Assembly: GCA_014379355.1 (NCBI GenBank)
Contig: JACMLX010000187.1
Location: 9,037 to 73,036 of the forward strand
From: Gemmatimonadaceae bacterium
Lineage (GTDB): Bacteria > Gemmatimonadota > Gemmatimonadetes > Gemmatimonadales > Gemmatimonadaceae
DNA: 64,000 bases
Direction of reading: 5' to 3'
In this document: one piece after another, positions 54,050 to 62,853 of the stretch
Layout of the letters: the number at the start of each line of letters is the position of its first letter
Numbering within the stretch: position 1 is the stretch's first letter
Position numbers and translations under genes: made by a program
The notes under the pieces: generated by a model
The model's input: the letters and a program-made list of their open reading frames with translations, nothing else
What the model was told of the DNA's origin: nothing
Databases searched by the model: none

Positions 54050-55029
54050 GCAGGACAGACGCGTCGGTTCGCGTACCGGCCAGCACGTCCAATCTCGGCG
54101 GCGGATTCGATTGTGTCGGCATGGCCGTGGATCGCTGGCTGTCGGCCACGGTGCGCATCGATCCGTCATCGCGCGACGTGACGATGATTCGCCGCGGGTC
54201 GCTGACCTCGCTGCACTGTGCGCCGACGGACGATCTGCTGTATGAAGGATTCGTCGCCGCCTGCCGATCTCGCGAGGTGCCGGTGCCGGCCGGTCTGGCC
54301 TTCGACGTCACATCGGACATTCCGGTCGCACGAGGACTCGGTTCGTCAGCGGCGGCGCTGGTTGCAGGCGCCGCGCTCGCCGATGCCGCACTCGCGCTGC
54401 AGCTCGATGCCGACGGTGTCGCCACACTCGTGTCGCAGATCGAGGGACATCCCGACAACGCTGCGCCGGCCGTCTTCGGTGGCGCCATGCTCGGTGTGGC
54501 ACGTGACGATGCCACGCCGAAGGATCCGTGCACGTACGCGTTCTCGTCGCTGCCGGTGCATCCATGGCTGTCCTTCATCTTCGCGGTACCGTCACTCGAA
54601 GTGACCACCGCGTCCGCGCGCGCGGTGCTGCCGGATCGTGTGTCGTTCCGCGACGCTGTCAACGCCGTGCAGCGCAGTGCGGCACTCGTGCACGGGCTGT
54701 CGACGGGCGACGCCGACCTGCTCTCCCGTGCGCTCGATGACGTCCTGCACGTGCCGTATCGCCAGGGGCTGGTTCCGGGATACGCGGCCGTCGTGACCGC
54801 GGCACGCGCGGCCGGGGCGTTCGGCGGGACCCTCAGTGGAAGCGGCTCCGCGATGGTTGCAATCGGACGACCCGCCGACGCCTCGGCCATCGCGGCTGCC
54901 ATGCAGGCCGCGTTCGCCGCACACCGCCTGGACGCAGTGACGATCATCACCGCCGGCACCGTGGCCGGCCTCCAGCACCAACGCTCACCCCGGCCACCCG
55001 GCGAAACTTCCGTCCCGGTGTCACCGTAG
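54046..55029 (+). CDS. thrB: homoserine kinase
   Basis: GTG at 54046 overlaps the thrC TGA. VRVPASTSNLGGGFDCVGMAV and the GHMP motif PVARGLGSSAAALVAG, followed by GHPDNAAPAVFGG. This is the C-terminal part of track ORF 53050..55029. Confidence 0.85.
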   Translation: MSRTDASVRVPASTSNLGGGFDCVGMAVDRWLSATVRIDPSSRDVTMIRRGSLTSLHCAPTDDLLYEGFVAACRSREVPVPAGLAFDVTSDIPVARGLGSSAAALVAGAALADAALALQLDADGVATLVSQIEGHPDNAAPAVFGGAMLGVARDDATPKDPCTYAFSSLPVHPWLSFIFAVPSLEVTTASARAVLPDRVSFRDAVNAVQRSAALVHGLSTGDADLLSRALDDVLHVPYRQGLVPGYAAVVTAARAAGAFGGTLSGSGSAMVAIGRPADASAIAAAMQAAFAAHRLDAVTIITAGTVAGLQHQRSPRPPGETSVPVSP

Positions 55030-55058
55030 TCCAGACATCCTTCATCACCGGTGCTGCC

Positions 55059-55271
55059 ATGTTCACTGCATTCCTTCGCCTGTTCGCGCTTCGTCCGATC
55101 CTCGCCGGTTCACTGCTCGGCATTCCGATCCTGACGCTGATCCTGCTTGGCCTGGCCGTTGCGCTGATGCTCAAGATCCTGCTCTTCGTCGTGATTCCGA
55201 TCACGATCGGTTTGTGGATCGTGAAGCGGATGCGTCGCACACACACGCCCGAACCGATCCACACGGTGTAG
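55059..55271 (+). CDS. small hypothetical membrane protein (2 predicted TM helices)
   Basis: 70 aa, very hydrophobic (ILAGSLLGIPILTLILLGLAVALMLKILLFVVIPITIGLWIV) with a basic tail. It is followed by a perfect terminator hairpin. Confidence 0.5.
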   Translation: MFTAFLRLFALRPILAGSLLGIPILTLILLGLAVALMLKILLFVVIPITIGLWIVKRMRRTHTPEPIHTV

Positions 55272-55291
55272 GTCGGCCAACGTCACGGCAA

Positions 55292-55333
55292 CACAAAGCC
55301 CGCGCGCCTGAAACACGGCGCGCGGGCTTTGTG
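55292..55333. terminator. bidirectional rho-independent-type terminator hairpin
   Basis: CACAAAGCCCGCGCGCC-TGAAACAC-GGCGCGCGGGCTTTGTG is a perfect 17-bp stem. It lies between two convergent small genes and is followed by TTTG on the plus strand. Confidence 0.8.
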
Positions 55334-55345
55334 TTTGACATCATG

Positions 55346-55474
55346 TCAACGGAACAGGTTGAAATGGCCGAGGGCCCACCAGAGGATCAGGAAAATGAGC
55401 ACGGTGCTGAAGCAGCCGCCTCCCAGCTTCTTGGCGCCATAGCCGGCAGCAACGCCGCGCAACAGTTTGCTCAT
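55346..55474 (-). CDS. small hypothetical membrane protein (42 aa)
   Basis: MSKLLRGVAAGYGAKKLGGGCFSTVLIFLILWWALGHFNLFR, with GGAG located 8 nt upstream of the ATG. These are the C-terminal 42 codons of track ORF 55346..55942. Confidence 0.5.
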   Translation of the reverse strand: MSKLLRGVAAGYGAKKLGGGCFSTVLIFLILWWALGHFNLFR

Positions 55475-55617
55475 TGCAATACTCCATGAAGTGAAGGAAA
55501 CTCGCGCAGGCGCGAGTGGGGTACACATACCGGGTGATCGACGTCGACGGCCCGGGCGTTGCATACGGTGATGCGTGCGGCTGTTGCACACCACCGCATT
55601 CCTGCAGGGAGTTGCAC

Positions 55618-56370
55618 ATGCACTACGGAACACGGCGCTCGCGGGATTCGATTCCGATCGCAGTCCCGCTCCTGCTCGCCAGCGGCGCGCTCGGCCTGCT
55701 CGCGATCGTCTGGCGAAGGACGGCAGCACCACGGCGCGAATCGCGAGTGCGCGGCTCGACGGCGAGTGTGCACGACCTTGCCGTTCCGCAGACGCTCGAT
55801 GCACCCGACATGCAGTCGCTGCCCGTTGGCACCGGTGCCGTCTTTCATCGAAAGTACGAGATCGTGCTGACCGACGTCGCGAGCAGCGGCCGGGATGTGA
55901 TGCGCCTGATGCAGCGGAATCTCGCCGAGCTGGCGCCAGCAATGCTCGCGCACTTCGAGAAGACGAGCGGCACCGACGGCCTGATGTGCGTGGGCGACGA
56001 ATACGACATCACGATGCTCGGGCCATGGAATGGCATGGTGCGCGTCTCGGAGGCCTCCCCGACTGCGTTCACGCTCGTCACGCTCGACGGACATCCGGAG
56101 GCGGGACACATCACGTTCAGTGTCACTGCGCACGACAGCGATGCACGCGCACTGCATGTGAACATCGAGTCCTGGGCCAGGTCGCGCGATTCGATGGTGG
56201 CGGCAGCGTACGGAGCGCTCGGCATCGGCAAGCAGGTGCAGACGGAAGTATGGATCACGTTCCTGCAGCGCCTGGCGACGCTGGCCGGGATGCGCGACAC
56301 GCCGGAAGTCAGCATCACCACGGAAACGCTGTCGACGACTGACGACGGTGATGCACCAGCCAGCGCATGA
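55618..56370 (+). CDS. DUF1990-like protein with N-terminal TM segment
   Basis: Start at MHYGTRRSRDSIPIAVPLLLASGALGLLAIVW. The core TLVTLDGHPEAGHITFSV resembles the DUF1990 hallmark G-x-x-T-L-x-G-H-P-E-x-G-E-E-x-F. Confidence 0.55.
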   Translation: MHYGTRRSRDSIPIAVPLLLASGALGLLAIVWRRTAAPRRESRVRGSTASVHDLAVPQTLDAPDMQSLPVGTGAVFHRKYEIVLTDVASSGRDVMRLMQRNLAELAPAMLAHFEKTSGTDGLMCVGDEYDITMLGPWNGMVRVSEASPTAFTLVTLDGHPEAGHITFSVTAHDSDARALHVNIESWARSRDSMVAAAYGALGIGKQVQTEVWITFLQRLATLAGMRDTPEVSITTETLSTTDDGDAPASA

Positions 56371-57035
56371 GTGATGGGCGCCCGATCGACGCGGAGCTGC
56401 TTGCGCGGCTGACCGAGATCGCCAGCATGGAACCCACGGTCGATCTCACCAAGCGCGACAGCTATGTCGCCGCCGCAGGTTGGAATGTCGATGCGCGCGA
56501 GGTTGCACTGCCGCCGGAGCAGCCCGGCGCTCCGGCCCCCAACGCGTCGTTTGCGCAGGCGCGCGCCATCCTCACCGCATACAGTTTTCCTCCTCCACGC
56601 CTGATTCGCGGTCGTTTCGATCCCTCGGCGCCACTCGACGGCCGTGCCATGCTGCTCACGGCGACATTCCTGTGGATGCATTTCGAGTTGCCGGTGCGAG
56701 TCAGTCGCGTCATCGATGAAACGCGCAGCGGCGAGCATGGCGCGGAAGCGGTGTGGGGATACAGTTATCAGACACTTGCGGGACATATCGAGCGAGGCGA
56801 GATCACGTTCGAGATCATCAAGACACTCGACACCGGCGCGATCCGCTTCCGCATCCACTCATTCTCGCAGACTGGACACATCGCGAATCCGATCCATCGC
56901 ATCGGCTTCCGCATCGTCGGCCGACGCCTGCAAGCGCGCTTCGCCGTGGAGTCATTGCGCAACATGCAGCAACAGGTGACGCGGGCCCTCGCAGTGGCCG
57001 GGCACGACAACACGGGTGGAGAACACGCGCCCTGA
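56367..57035 (+). CDS. DUF1990 family protein
   Basis: WGYSYQTLAGHIERGEITFEI...IRFRIHSFSQ matches the DUF1990 core pattern. The start overlaps the upstream stop (ATGA). Confidence 0.6.
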   Translation: MSDGRPIDAELLARLTEIASMEPTVDLTKRDSYVAAAGWNVDAREVALPPEQPGAPAPNASFAQARAILTAYSFPPPRLIRGRFDPSAPLDGRAMLLTATFLWMHFELPVRVSRVIDETRSGEHGAEAVWGYSYQTLAGHIERGEITFEIIKTLDTGAIRFRIHSFSQTGHIANPIHRIGFRIVGRRLQARFAVESLRNMQQQVTRALAVAGHDNTGGEHAP

Positions 57036-57109
57036 TGTGGAATCGAGTCCACACAGGCACGTGCGCTCCACCCGCGCTCAGTCAGTCTTTGCTGCGCTGA
57101 GGGTCGCGG

Positions 57110-57286
57110 CTACGTCGATATCTTCTTGCCCGTGACGAGACCGACCAGCAACGCCACCACGGCAAAGATCACGAAGACCATGAACAGCGTTTTCGCGATA
57201 CCGGCGGACGTGGCGGCCACACCGCCAAATCCGAACACGCCGGCGATCAGCGCCAGCACGAGAAATATGAAGGCCCAACGCAGCAT
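57110..57286 (-). CDS. DUF1328 (YtjA-like) small membrane protein
   Basis: Below the ORF-track length cutoff. My translation is [64 protein letters not shown] lies 7 nt upstream of the ATG, and the start is 12 nt downstream of the CsbD-like stop. Confidence 0.75.
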   Translation of the reverse strand: MLRWAFIFLVLALIAGVFGFGGVAATSAGIAKTLFMVFVIFAVVALLVGLVTGKKIST

Positions 57287-57297
57287 GTGAGAGCTCC

Positions 57298-57522
57298 TTA
57301 TTCTGCGCCGTCTGCGGCGCTGGTGGGATTGCGGCGTTCGTAGTCCGCAACTTCCTGCTCGGCAACATCCTTCGTCTTGCCGTAGCGCGTCTGGAGCTTT
57401 CCGACCAGTTGGTCACGCTTGCCGGCGATCACGTCGAGATCGTCGTCGGTGAGCTCGCCCCACTGCTCGCGAACCTTGCCCTTGGCTGTCTTCCAGCTGC
57501 CTTCGATGGTATCCCAGTTCAT
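57298..57522 (-). CDS. CsbD family general-stress protein
   Basis: [58 protein letters not shown] is the canonical CsbD pattern. GGAG lies upstream of the ATG at 57522. Confidence 0.85.
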   Translation of the reverse strand: MNWDTIEGSWKTAKGKVREQWGELTDDDLDVIAGKRDQLVGKLQTRYGKTKDVAEQEVADYERRNPTSAADGAE

Positions 57523-57554
57523 GTGGACTCCTGTGCTTGGGGTCGAACGCAAGA

Positions 57555-57597
57555 AAGGCGCGATGGCACACCGACTCTCGGTGAGCATTCGCGCCTT
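57555..57597 (-). promoter_or_regulatory. extended stem-loop followed by a T-rich tract in the 5' leader of the CsbD-like gene
   Basis: The minus strand reads AAGGCGCGAATGCTCACCGAGAGTCGGTGTGCCATCGCGCCTT then TCTTGCGTT. The outer 9-bp stem encloses an inner CACCGA/TCGGTG stem. It lies about 30 nt upstream of the start codon. Confidence 0.4.
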
Positions 57598-57737
57598 CGA
57601 CTGACGAGACCGGAGCCTCGCCCATCAAGGAGCCCTGACCGATCGTCAGAGCGTGTCGTACTGCTGAACATAATCGCAAAAACCGTGCTAATTCAACCGA
57701 TGGCGCACCGGCGGGCGCAGCGCTCCTGATCGATCTG

Positions 57738-58457
57738 TCAGTTGTACTGCAGCAGCAACTCCAGTCGCTGACGCAGCTCGGCCAGCTGCTTCGACTTGAA
57801 CGCGTGCTTTGTTTCCTCGAGCACTTCGACCGTGTGCTGAATCGCCGACGTGAGCTGTGATCCGCGGGGGCAGTTCATGATCTGGCACGCATGTGCGTCC
57901 ACCGGCGCGCCAGCCAGTGCGCGGCCGAGCTGTTCGAGGTCGGTGAGTGAACCCATGACGTTTCGCAGCGCCAGCGACAGGAACGTATCCGCACTCGGTG
58001 CACCAGGACCGCGTTGTGTCGCCAGCTGATCGTAGCGCAGGCGCATGTCGTTCAATCGCAACTCGGCATCCTGCATCGATCGGAACGACCGGAAGCGCGT
58101 CACCGACGCATGCACCCGTTCGAGCAGCTCCGGAAATTGCACGGGCTTCGTGAGATACGCCGCAACAGGCAGCTCGATGCTCGCCACCGCCGAGCGGACG
58201 CTCGGAAAGCCGGTGAGGATGATGACCGGCAACCCGCCCCGCACCGCTGCCACACGCCGCACCAGGGCAAGGTCGCTGTTGCCCGGCATTTCGAGGTCCG
58301 TGATCAGCAGGTCGAATTGTTCGTCGACCACCAGCTCGAGGGCGCGCTGACCGTCGGGCGCAGTCAGGCATTCGTATCCCTCCCGGCGAAGCAGGTCGGC
58401 CGTCGATTCGAGAAACGTCGGTTCGTCATCGGCAATCAGAATGCGGCCGCGCGTCAT
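57738..58457 (-). CDS. response regulator: REC domain plus uncharacterised ~110-aa C-terminal domain
   Basis: ILIADDEPTF...DLLITDLEMPG...ILTGFPS...YLTKPV is a REC domain. The C-terminal half has no HTH or enzymatic motif I recognise and contains HACQIMNCPRG. The start overlaps the kinase stop (ATGA). Confidence 0.8.
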   Translation of the reverse strand: MTRGRILIADDEPTFLESTADLLRREGYECLTAPDGQRALELVVDEQFDLLITDLEMPGNSDLALVRRVAAVRGGLPVIILTGFPSVRSAVASIELPVAAYLTKPVQFPELLERVHASVTRFRSFRSMQDAELRLNDMRLRYDQLATQRGPGAPSADTFLSLALRNVMGSLTDLEQLGRALAGAPVDAHACQIMNCPRGSQLTSAIQHTVEVLEETKHAFKSKQLAELRQRLELLLQYN

Positions 58458-60991
58458 GCAGTCACTCCGTTAACGGTGGATCCCACGAGCGGAATGCGCG
58501 CGACGAATTCAGCGCCGCCTCCCTCCGCGTCAATCACGTCGATACTCCCGCCGGACGCATCCAGCGCGCGGCGCACCAGCGACAGCCCCAGGCCCATCCC
58601 GCCCGTCGACAGTTGCGATGCCTTGGTCGACACGAACGGTTCGAAGATGCTCTCCCGCAGATCCAGCGGTACCCCTTCGCCCTGATCACTCACGCGCAGC
58701 ACGAACTCGTCGCGGTCGATCGTCCCCCGCACGCGCACCCGGGATCCGGGTGGCGATGCTTCGATCGCGTTCTGCACCAGGTTGTACACACACTGTCGGA
58801 GGATCGAGTCCGACAGCTTCACCACCGCCGCAATTCCGCCCAGTTCGAGGTCGATGCCGACACCGGTATTCCGGTTCACCTGCTCGAGGAACGCCACGGC
58901 ATCACCCACCACGGTCTGCACCGGCGCATGGGTGCTCGATTCCGTCTCGGGACGATAGGTCTCGTACAGCTGACGCGTGACCTGGCTGATGCGCTGGATC
59001 TCCCGCTCGATTGCGCCGACGTACTTCACGTGCGGATGCGTGGAAGGAATCGCGTCCTTGATGAGGAGGAACGAACTCTGGATGCCCGCCAGCGGATTGT
59101 TGATTTCATGCGCGATACGCGCCGCCAGTCGACCCATCGTGCTCATCGTCTCCGCCTGGCGCAACGACTCCTCGGCGTGACGGCGCTCGGTCACGTCGGC
59201 AAACATGCCGAGCAACCGCCACGGCTCACCATCCGGCCCGCGGAGCACCACGCGACCCCGGTCGGAGAAATCGTGCCAGCGACCGGCGGAGCTTCGCACC
59301 CGATAGCTCGCGTCGAACGCCTCCACACGTGCGGCCAGGTGGTCATTGAGGCGCGCTTCCATCGATTTACGATCCTGCGGATGCACCAGCGCCAGCCAAT
59401 CCTTCATTCGACGGAAATCCGCGCCTGTTCCGTAGCCAAGACGCGCCCACAAGTGCGGCGAGCGCGTGACGACATCCGTCTGCAGGTCCCATTCCCACAT
59501 GCCGTCGGTCGTGGAACGCAGTGCATTGTCGATCTTCGCACGCTCCTCGAGCGCGGCGTTCTGTGATAGCGTCTGCGCGAGACGCAGCGCGATCGCGAGC
59601 AACACCGAGACGGCGAGTCCCAGGAGCAACACCAGATCACTGAGCGTCGATGGAGTGCTGGCTGCAGTGCGGGGGGACGGCCACACGCCGATCCGCCACG
59701 CCGGACCACCATGAAACAAGTCCTCGGTCACGAGAAAGCGTGTGTTGATCTGCTCGACGGGCGCCGAACCACGAAACCAGCTGTCCTGATTGCCGATCGC
59801 CATGTCGAAGCCGAGTACCGTGTCGGTCAACACGGAATTCAGGATGGCAGACGCGCTCACCACGCCGACGAACAGATCGCCGCACTGCTGCGACACGCAC
59901 CGTGGCAGCACCATCAACGCGCGTGATGGATCAGCCGGAACGGACAGGAACATGGCCCGGTCGGTCGGCCGCCGAAACTCAGCGACGTGGGCGCGAAGCA
60001 ACGGCTCGAGCGACGTGAACGCGCCGGTCATGACACTGCGGTCGCCGCCGCGCGGATGTCCGAGACTGTCGGTCCACGCGATCCCCTCGAGCCCTGCGAT
60101 GTCCTCGACCAACTGTGTCGTGACGACCGTCCAGCGTTCGTCCGGTGCCACACTGAAACGTGCCATGCGGCGCAGGTTGCGCTGGGCAACCATCATCTGC
60201 CGATTGACCGCCGATCGCGTCGCGAGCGCAGCGACGCGGCTCTGCTCCGCGAGATGCGCCTCCTCACTGACGAGTAGGGCCCGCCAGACGAAAACGACGG
60301 TCACCATCGAGCCCGCCCCAACAGAGAGTGGGAGCCATGCTGGCGGCGGCGAGAAGCCCGCATGCCTGGTCCACGCCAACACGTTGAAGTGCGTCGCGAA
60401 CACGATGGCGCAGATGGTCGATTGCAGCGAGGATCCGAGAAGTGGACCGAACGACACGCCCTCGAGAAAGCCGAGCGCCTGTCCGGCGATCACCGTTGTC
60501 GCCAGCAGCATCACCACGCCGCCCGACGCTGCCAGGATGATCGAGGACCACAGACCGCGATTCCTCGCCAGGATAGCGAGCAGCCCCGCCCCACCGAGAA
60601 AGACGAACACCGCACTCGAGAGCGCATCCTGCGACGGCTCCTCCCCGTGCCAGTTGATCGACGTCGGCGACCGCACGCTGCCCAGCGTGTTCCAGAGCCA
60701 ATTCAGCCCCTCGGCATGCTGAATCGGCATCGAGCCGATCACCAGCGCGAGGAAGGCGCAGCATATCGAGAGCCAGCGCACCTTCGGATACGCGGACGTC
60801 GCAATGCCGATGCCCAGCACCAGCAGCCCCACCGCCGATGCCAGCCGCAATGGGGGAAATGTCTCGAACGGTTGCACGAGCCAGGCGACGTTCGCGACCC
60901 ATCCGAGCAATGCCAGCGACGACATGGCGATAAGCAGTACGCCCACCGAGCGCGAGCCATCCGCAGACACCAACGCTCTCGACCAGGCCAA
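58454..60991 (-). CDS. membrane sensor histidine kinase (multi-TM N-terminal region, PAS, HisKA, HATPase_c)
   Basis: At least 8 hydrophobic segments in the first ~470 aa. PAS (DGMWEWDLQTD...VHPQDR...RWHDFSDRG), H-box AHEINNPLAGI, N box NLVQNAIEA, and G boxes SDQGEGV and GGMGLGLS. Confidence 0.85.
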   Translation of the reverse strand: MAWSRALVSADGSRSVGVLLIAMSSLALLGWVANVAWLVQPFETFPPLRLASAVGLLVLGIGIATSAYPKVRWLSICCAFLALVIGSMPIQHAEGLNWLWNTLGSVRSPTSINWHGEEPSQDALSSAVFVFLGGAGLLAILARNRGLWSSIILAASGGVVMLLATTVIAGQALGFLEGVSFGPLLGSSLQSTICAIVFATHFNVLAWTRHAGFSPPPAWLPLSVGAGSMVTVVFVWRALLVSEEAHLAEQSRVAALATRSAVNRQMMVAQRNLRRMARFSVAPDERWTVVTTQLVEDIAGLEGIAWTDSLGHPRGGDRSVMTGAFTSLEPLLRAHVAEFRRPTDRAMFLSVPADPSRALMVLPRCVSQQCGDLFVGVVSASAILNSVLTDTVLGFDMAIGNQDSWFRGSAPVEQINTRFLVTEDLFHGGPAWRIGVWPSPRTAASTPSTLSDLVLLLGLAVSVLLAIALRLAQTLSQNAALEERAKIDNALRSTTDGMWEWDLQTDVVTRSPHLWARLGYGTGADFRRMKDWLALVHPQDRKSMEARLNDHLAARVEAFDASYRVRSSAGRWHDFSDRGRVVLRGPDGEPWRLLGMFADVTERRHAEESLRQAETMSTMGRLAARIAHEINNPLAGIQSSFLLIKDAIPSTHPHVKYVGAIEREIQRISQVTRQLYETYRPETESSTHAPVQTVVGDAVAFLEQVNRNTGVGIDLELGGIAAVVKLSDSILRQCVYNLVQNAIEASPPGSRVRVRGTIDRDEFVLRVSDQGEGVPLDLRESIFEPFVSTKASQLSTGGMGLGLSLVRRALDASGGSIDVIDAEGGGAEFVARIPLVGSTVNGVTA

Positions 60992-61098
60992 CAGACGTGG
61001 CCGGAGCGAGAGCGAGGCGCGAAAAGCGCGGACCAGCAGGGACTGGCTCAGTGGAACTCCCGACTACAAGGGTGGCGAAATCGCGAGTACCAGGCTCG

Positions 61099-61599
61099 TC
61101 AGGCGACGGCATCGGACCACGAAGGCACGATGTCACGTTCACCGTTCGGCGATACGAGCTGCAGTGCGAACGTGCCAATCCGCGACATCGATTCCTCGAG
61201 CACGTGCACCGAACGATCGACGCCCGCCTGACGCGCAAACCGCAGGGCAAAGCTGCACGATCCCATCAGGAAAAGCTGCGCCTGTTCGACCACGCCTGCA
61301 ATTTCCTCATCGCGTGACGCTGAGGCAGGCCGCATCCGGATATGCGCCAGCGAGTGAAACAGCGAGCGAGTGAGGCTGCCATCGGCCCGATCGCCACGAA
61401 CGAGCACGTCGCCGAGGATACTGTCGAGATACGCGAGATGTTCTCCGATCAATGCTTCGAACGTGTGAAGCGACGCGGCCAGCGGTGCCGACAGCATCAA
61501 GCCGCGAAAGACCGGCAAGGTGACGAAAAGACTGATGCTTCCATCATGCAGCTCGGCCAGCTCTTCGGCGAACTGGCCATGAATGACTGAATTGTACAT
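61099..61599 (-). CDS. hypothetical protein (all-helical, possibly ferritin-like/DUF892-related)
   Basis: Start at MYNSVIHGQFAEELAELHD, preceded by GGAGG. Composition is coding-like. There is only vague similarity to four-helix stress proteins (FEALIGEHLAYLDS), so no family is claimed. Confidence 0.45.
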   Translation of the reverse strand: MYNSVIHGQFAEELAELHDGSISLFVTLPVFRGLMLSAPLAASLHTFEALIGEHLAYLDSILGDVLVRGDRADGSLTRSLFHSLAHIRMRPASASRDEEIAGVVEQAQLFLMGSCSFALRFARQAGVDRSVHVLEESMSRIGTFALQLVSPNGERDIVPSWSDAVA

Positions 61600-61649
61600 G
61601 GCGCCTCCGTTACAGCTCGCGCCCCGCCGGGCGCAGCCTGGATAAAATG

Positions 61650-61691
61650 AAAAGCGCGCACGAATCCACCATGTGGAATCGCCCGCGCCTT
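61650..61691 (-). terminator. intrinsic terminator-like hairpin downstream of the DUF4397 gene
   Basis: The minus strand reads AAGGCGCGGGCGATTCCACATGGTGGATTCGTGCGCGCTTTT followed by CATTTTAT. It is a long imperfect stem with a U-rich tail. Confidence 0.6.
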
Positions 61692-61801
61692 CAACTGACG
61701 AGCCCTGAGTCCCGTCCGCCAAGTGTGCCCGGATCCATGTCCTGCTGTCCGCGACAGTGCCAACTAACGCAGGGGCCTCACATCACGCAAGCGCCCCTTG
61801 G

Positions 61802-62572
61802 TCACTGCTGCGCAACGGCGACTGGACGCGGGGATTCATCCGCCAGGTCGGAGAACACGATCGCCGTGACGGCGCCCTGCGGACGTGAGGTCAGCACGAA
61901 CGTGTAGGTGCTGCCGGCCACCAGAGCCATGCTCTTCAGCGATACCAGCGTTGCGCCATCCGCACCGCCGCGGACGCGAAATCCAGCGGTCATCGGTGAC
62001 ACATCACGATAGTGCGCATCGCCGGACTCTGTCTTCGCCCGGAACAGCGGTTCATCCTGCCCGACGATGGCAAACTCCACATTGTCGAGTCGCGGCGTGG
62101 CTCGGATCAGCCTGATGCGCGCCATGCCTGAATCGGGGGCGAGGTCGTCGCGAATGACGCGCACCGTCATGCGACCGAGTGTGTCCGGCACCGCGAGGAT
62201 GGAATAGTGCTCGTTGGCGACGAGCGTCATGACGCTCGCCGCATCGAAGCCCACCGTTGCGGGTCCTCGCAGTGTGAATCGAAATCGCGTTGGCGCCACC
62301 GGCTTGAATGGCGACACGGCGCCGAACACCACGTTCGAAAAAAGCATCAGTGAATCATGGCCGAGTTCCAGCGCCGGACTGCCGGGCATCGCGTTCACGA
62401 AGCGCACCTGCGCCCGTGGTCCAACCGGTGTCGCGACGGGGGAGCGACTCGCGTCGCCGACGGGCGTGCCACCCTCGGTCGCCTGCTCGATCGGACCAGC
62501 TCCGGCGTACGAGTAGGCGAGCACCCCGACAAGTGCCAGACCGAGAACAGGCAGTATCAGTCGAAGTTTCAT
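61802..62572 (-). CDS. DUF4397-like secreted/anchored protein
   Basis: N-terminal anchor MKLRLILPVLGLALVGVLAY, then repeated VRFVNAMPGSP / IRLIRATPRLD strands typical of DUF4397. GGAGA lies 8 nt upstream of the ATG at 62572. The longest ORF starts at GTG 62578. Confidence 0.55.
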   Translation of the reverse strand: MKLRLILPVLGLALVGVLAYSYAGAGPIEQATEGGTPVGDASRSPVATPVGPRAQVRFVNAMPGSPALELGHDSLMLFSNVVFGAVSPFKPVAPTRFRFTLRGPATVGFDAASVMTLVANEHYSILAVPDTLGRMTVRVIRDDLAPDSGMARIRLIRATPRLDNVEFAIVGQDEPLFRAKTESGDAHYRDVSPMTAGFRVRGGADGATLVSLKSMALVAGSTYTFVLTSRPQGAVTAIVFSDLADESPRPVAVAQQ

Positions 62573-62673
62573 GAACACATCTCCTCGCGCGACGGCACGC
62601 TGTCAGGGCACTCGGTACACGCCTTCGATCTGCGCGCCAAGGATTGCGCCGAAGGACAGCATGTAACGAAACG

Positions 62674-62710
62674 AAAAAGGCGACGACCGGCCATGTGGCC
62701 GGCAATCGCC
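62674..62710 (-). terminator. orphan intrinsic terminator (minus strand) inside a divergent intergenic region
   Basis: The minus strand reads GGCGATTGCCGGCC-ACAT-GGCCGGTCGTCGCC followed by TTTTTCGTTTCGTT. The stem has 14 positions, of which 13 pair when G-U pairs are counted. There is no annotated minus-strand gene upstream. It lies about 100 nt upstream of the DUF4397 start. Confidence 0.6.
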
Positions 62711-62853
62711 TTCGACTAGCGAACCCGAAGTCCGCGCGTCCAGGTACAAGCATCTGCTCTCGAATGGCAGAGATATCGCACAGTGGCATCATTTGTGCCA
62801 GCGTCAGCAGCACGCCCAGTCGGACGGGCGCAATTCCTGCACATGAGCGTTCG

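Noticed and set aside
62716-62844. A 42-aa minus-strand ORF (MCRNCARPTGRAADAGTNDATVRYLCHSRADACTWTRGLRVR) with a CxxC motif, ending just before the orphan terminator.
   Set aside because: G/C at the third codon position is only about half of codons, whereas real genes here are strongly GC3-biased. There is no convincing RBS, and its start abuts the divergent gene's start region. It is kept only as a remote alternative to the sRNA/leader interpretation.
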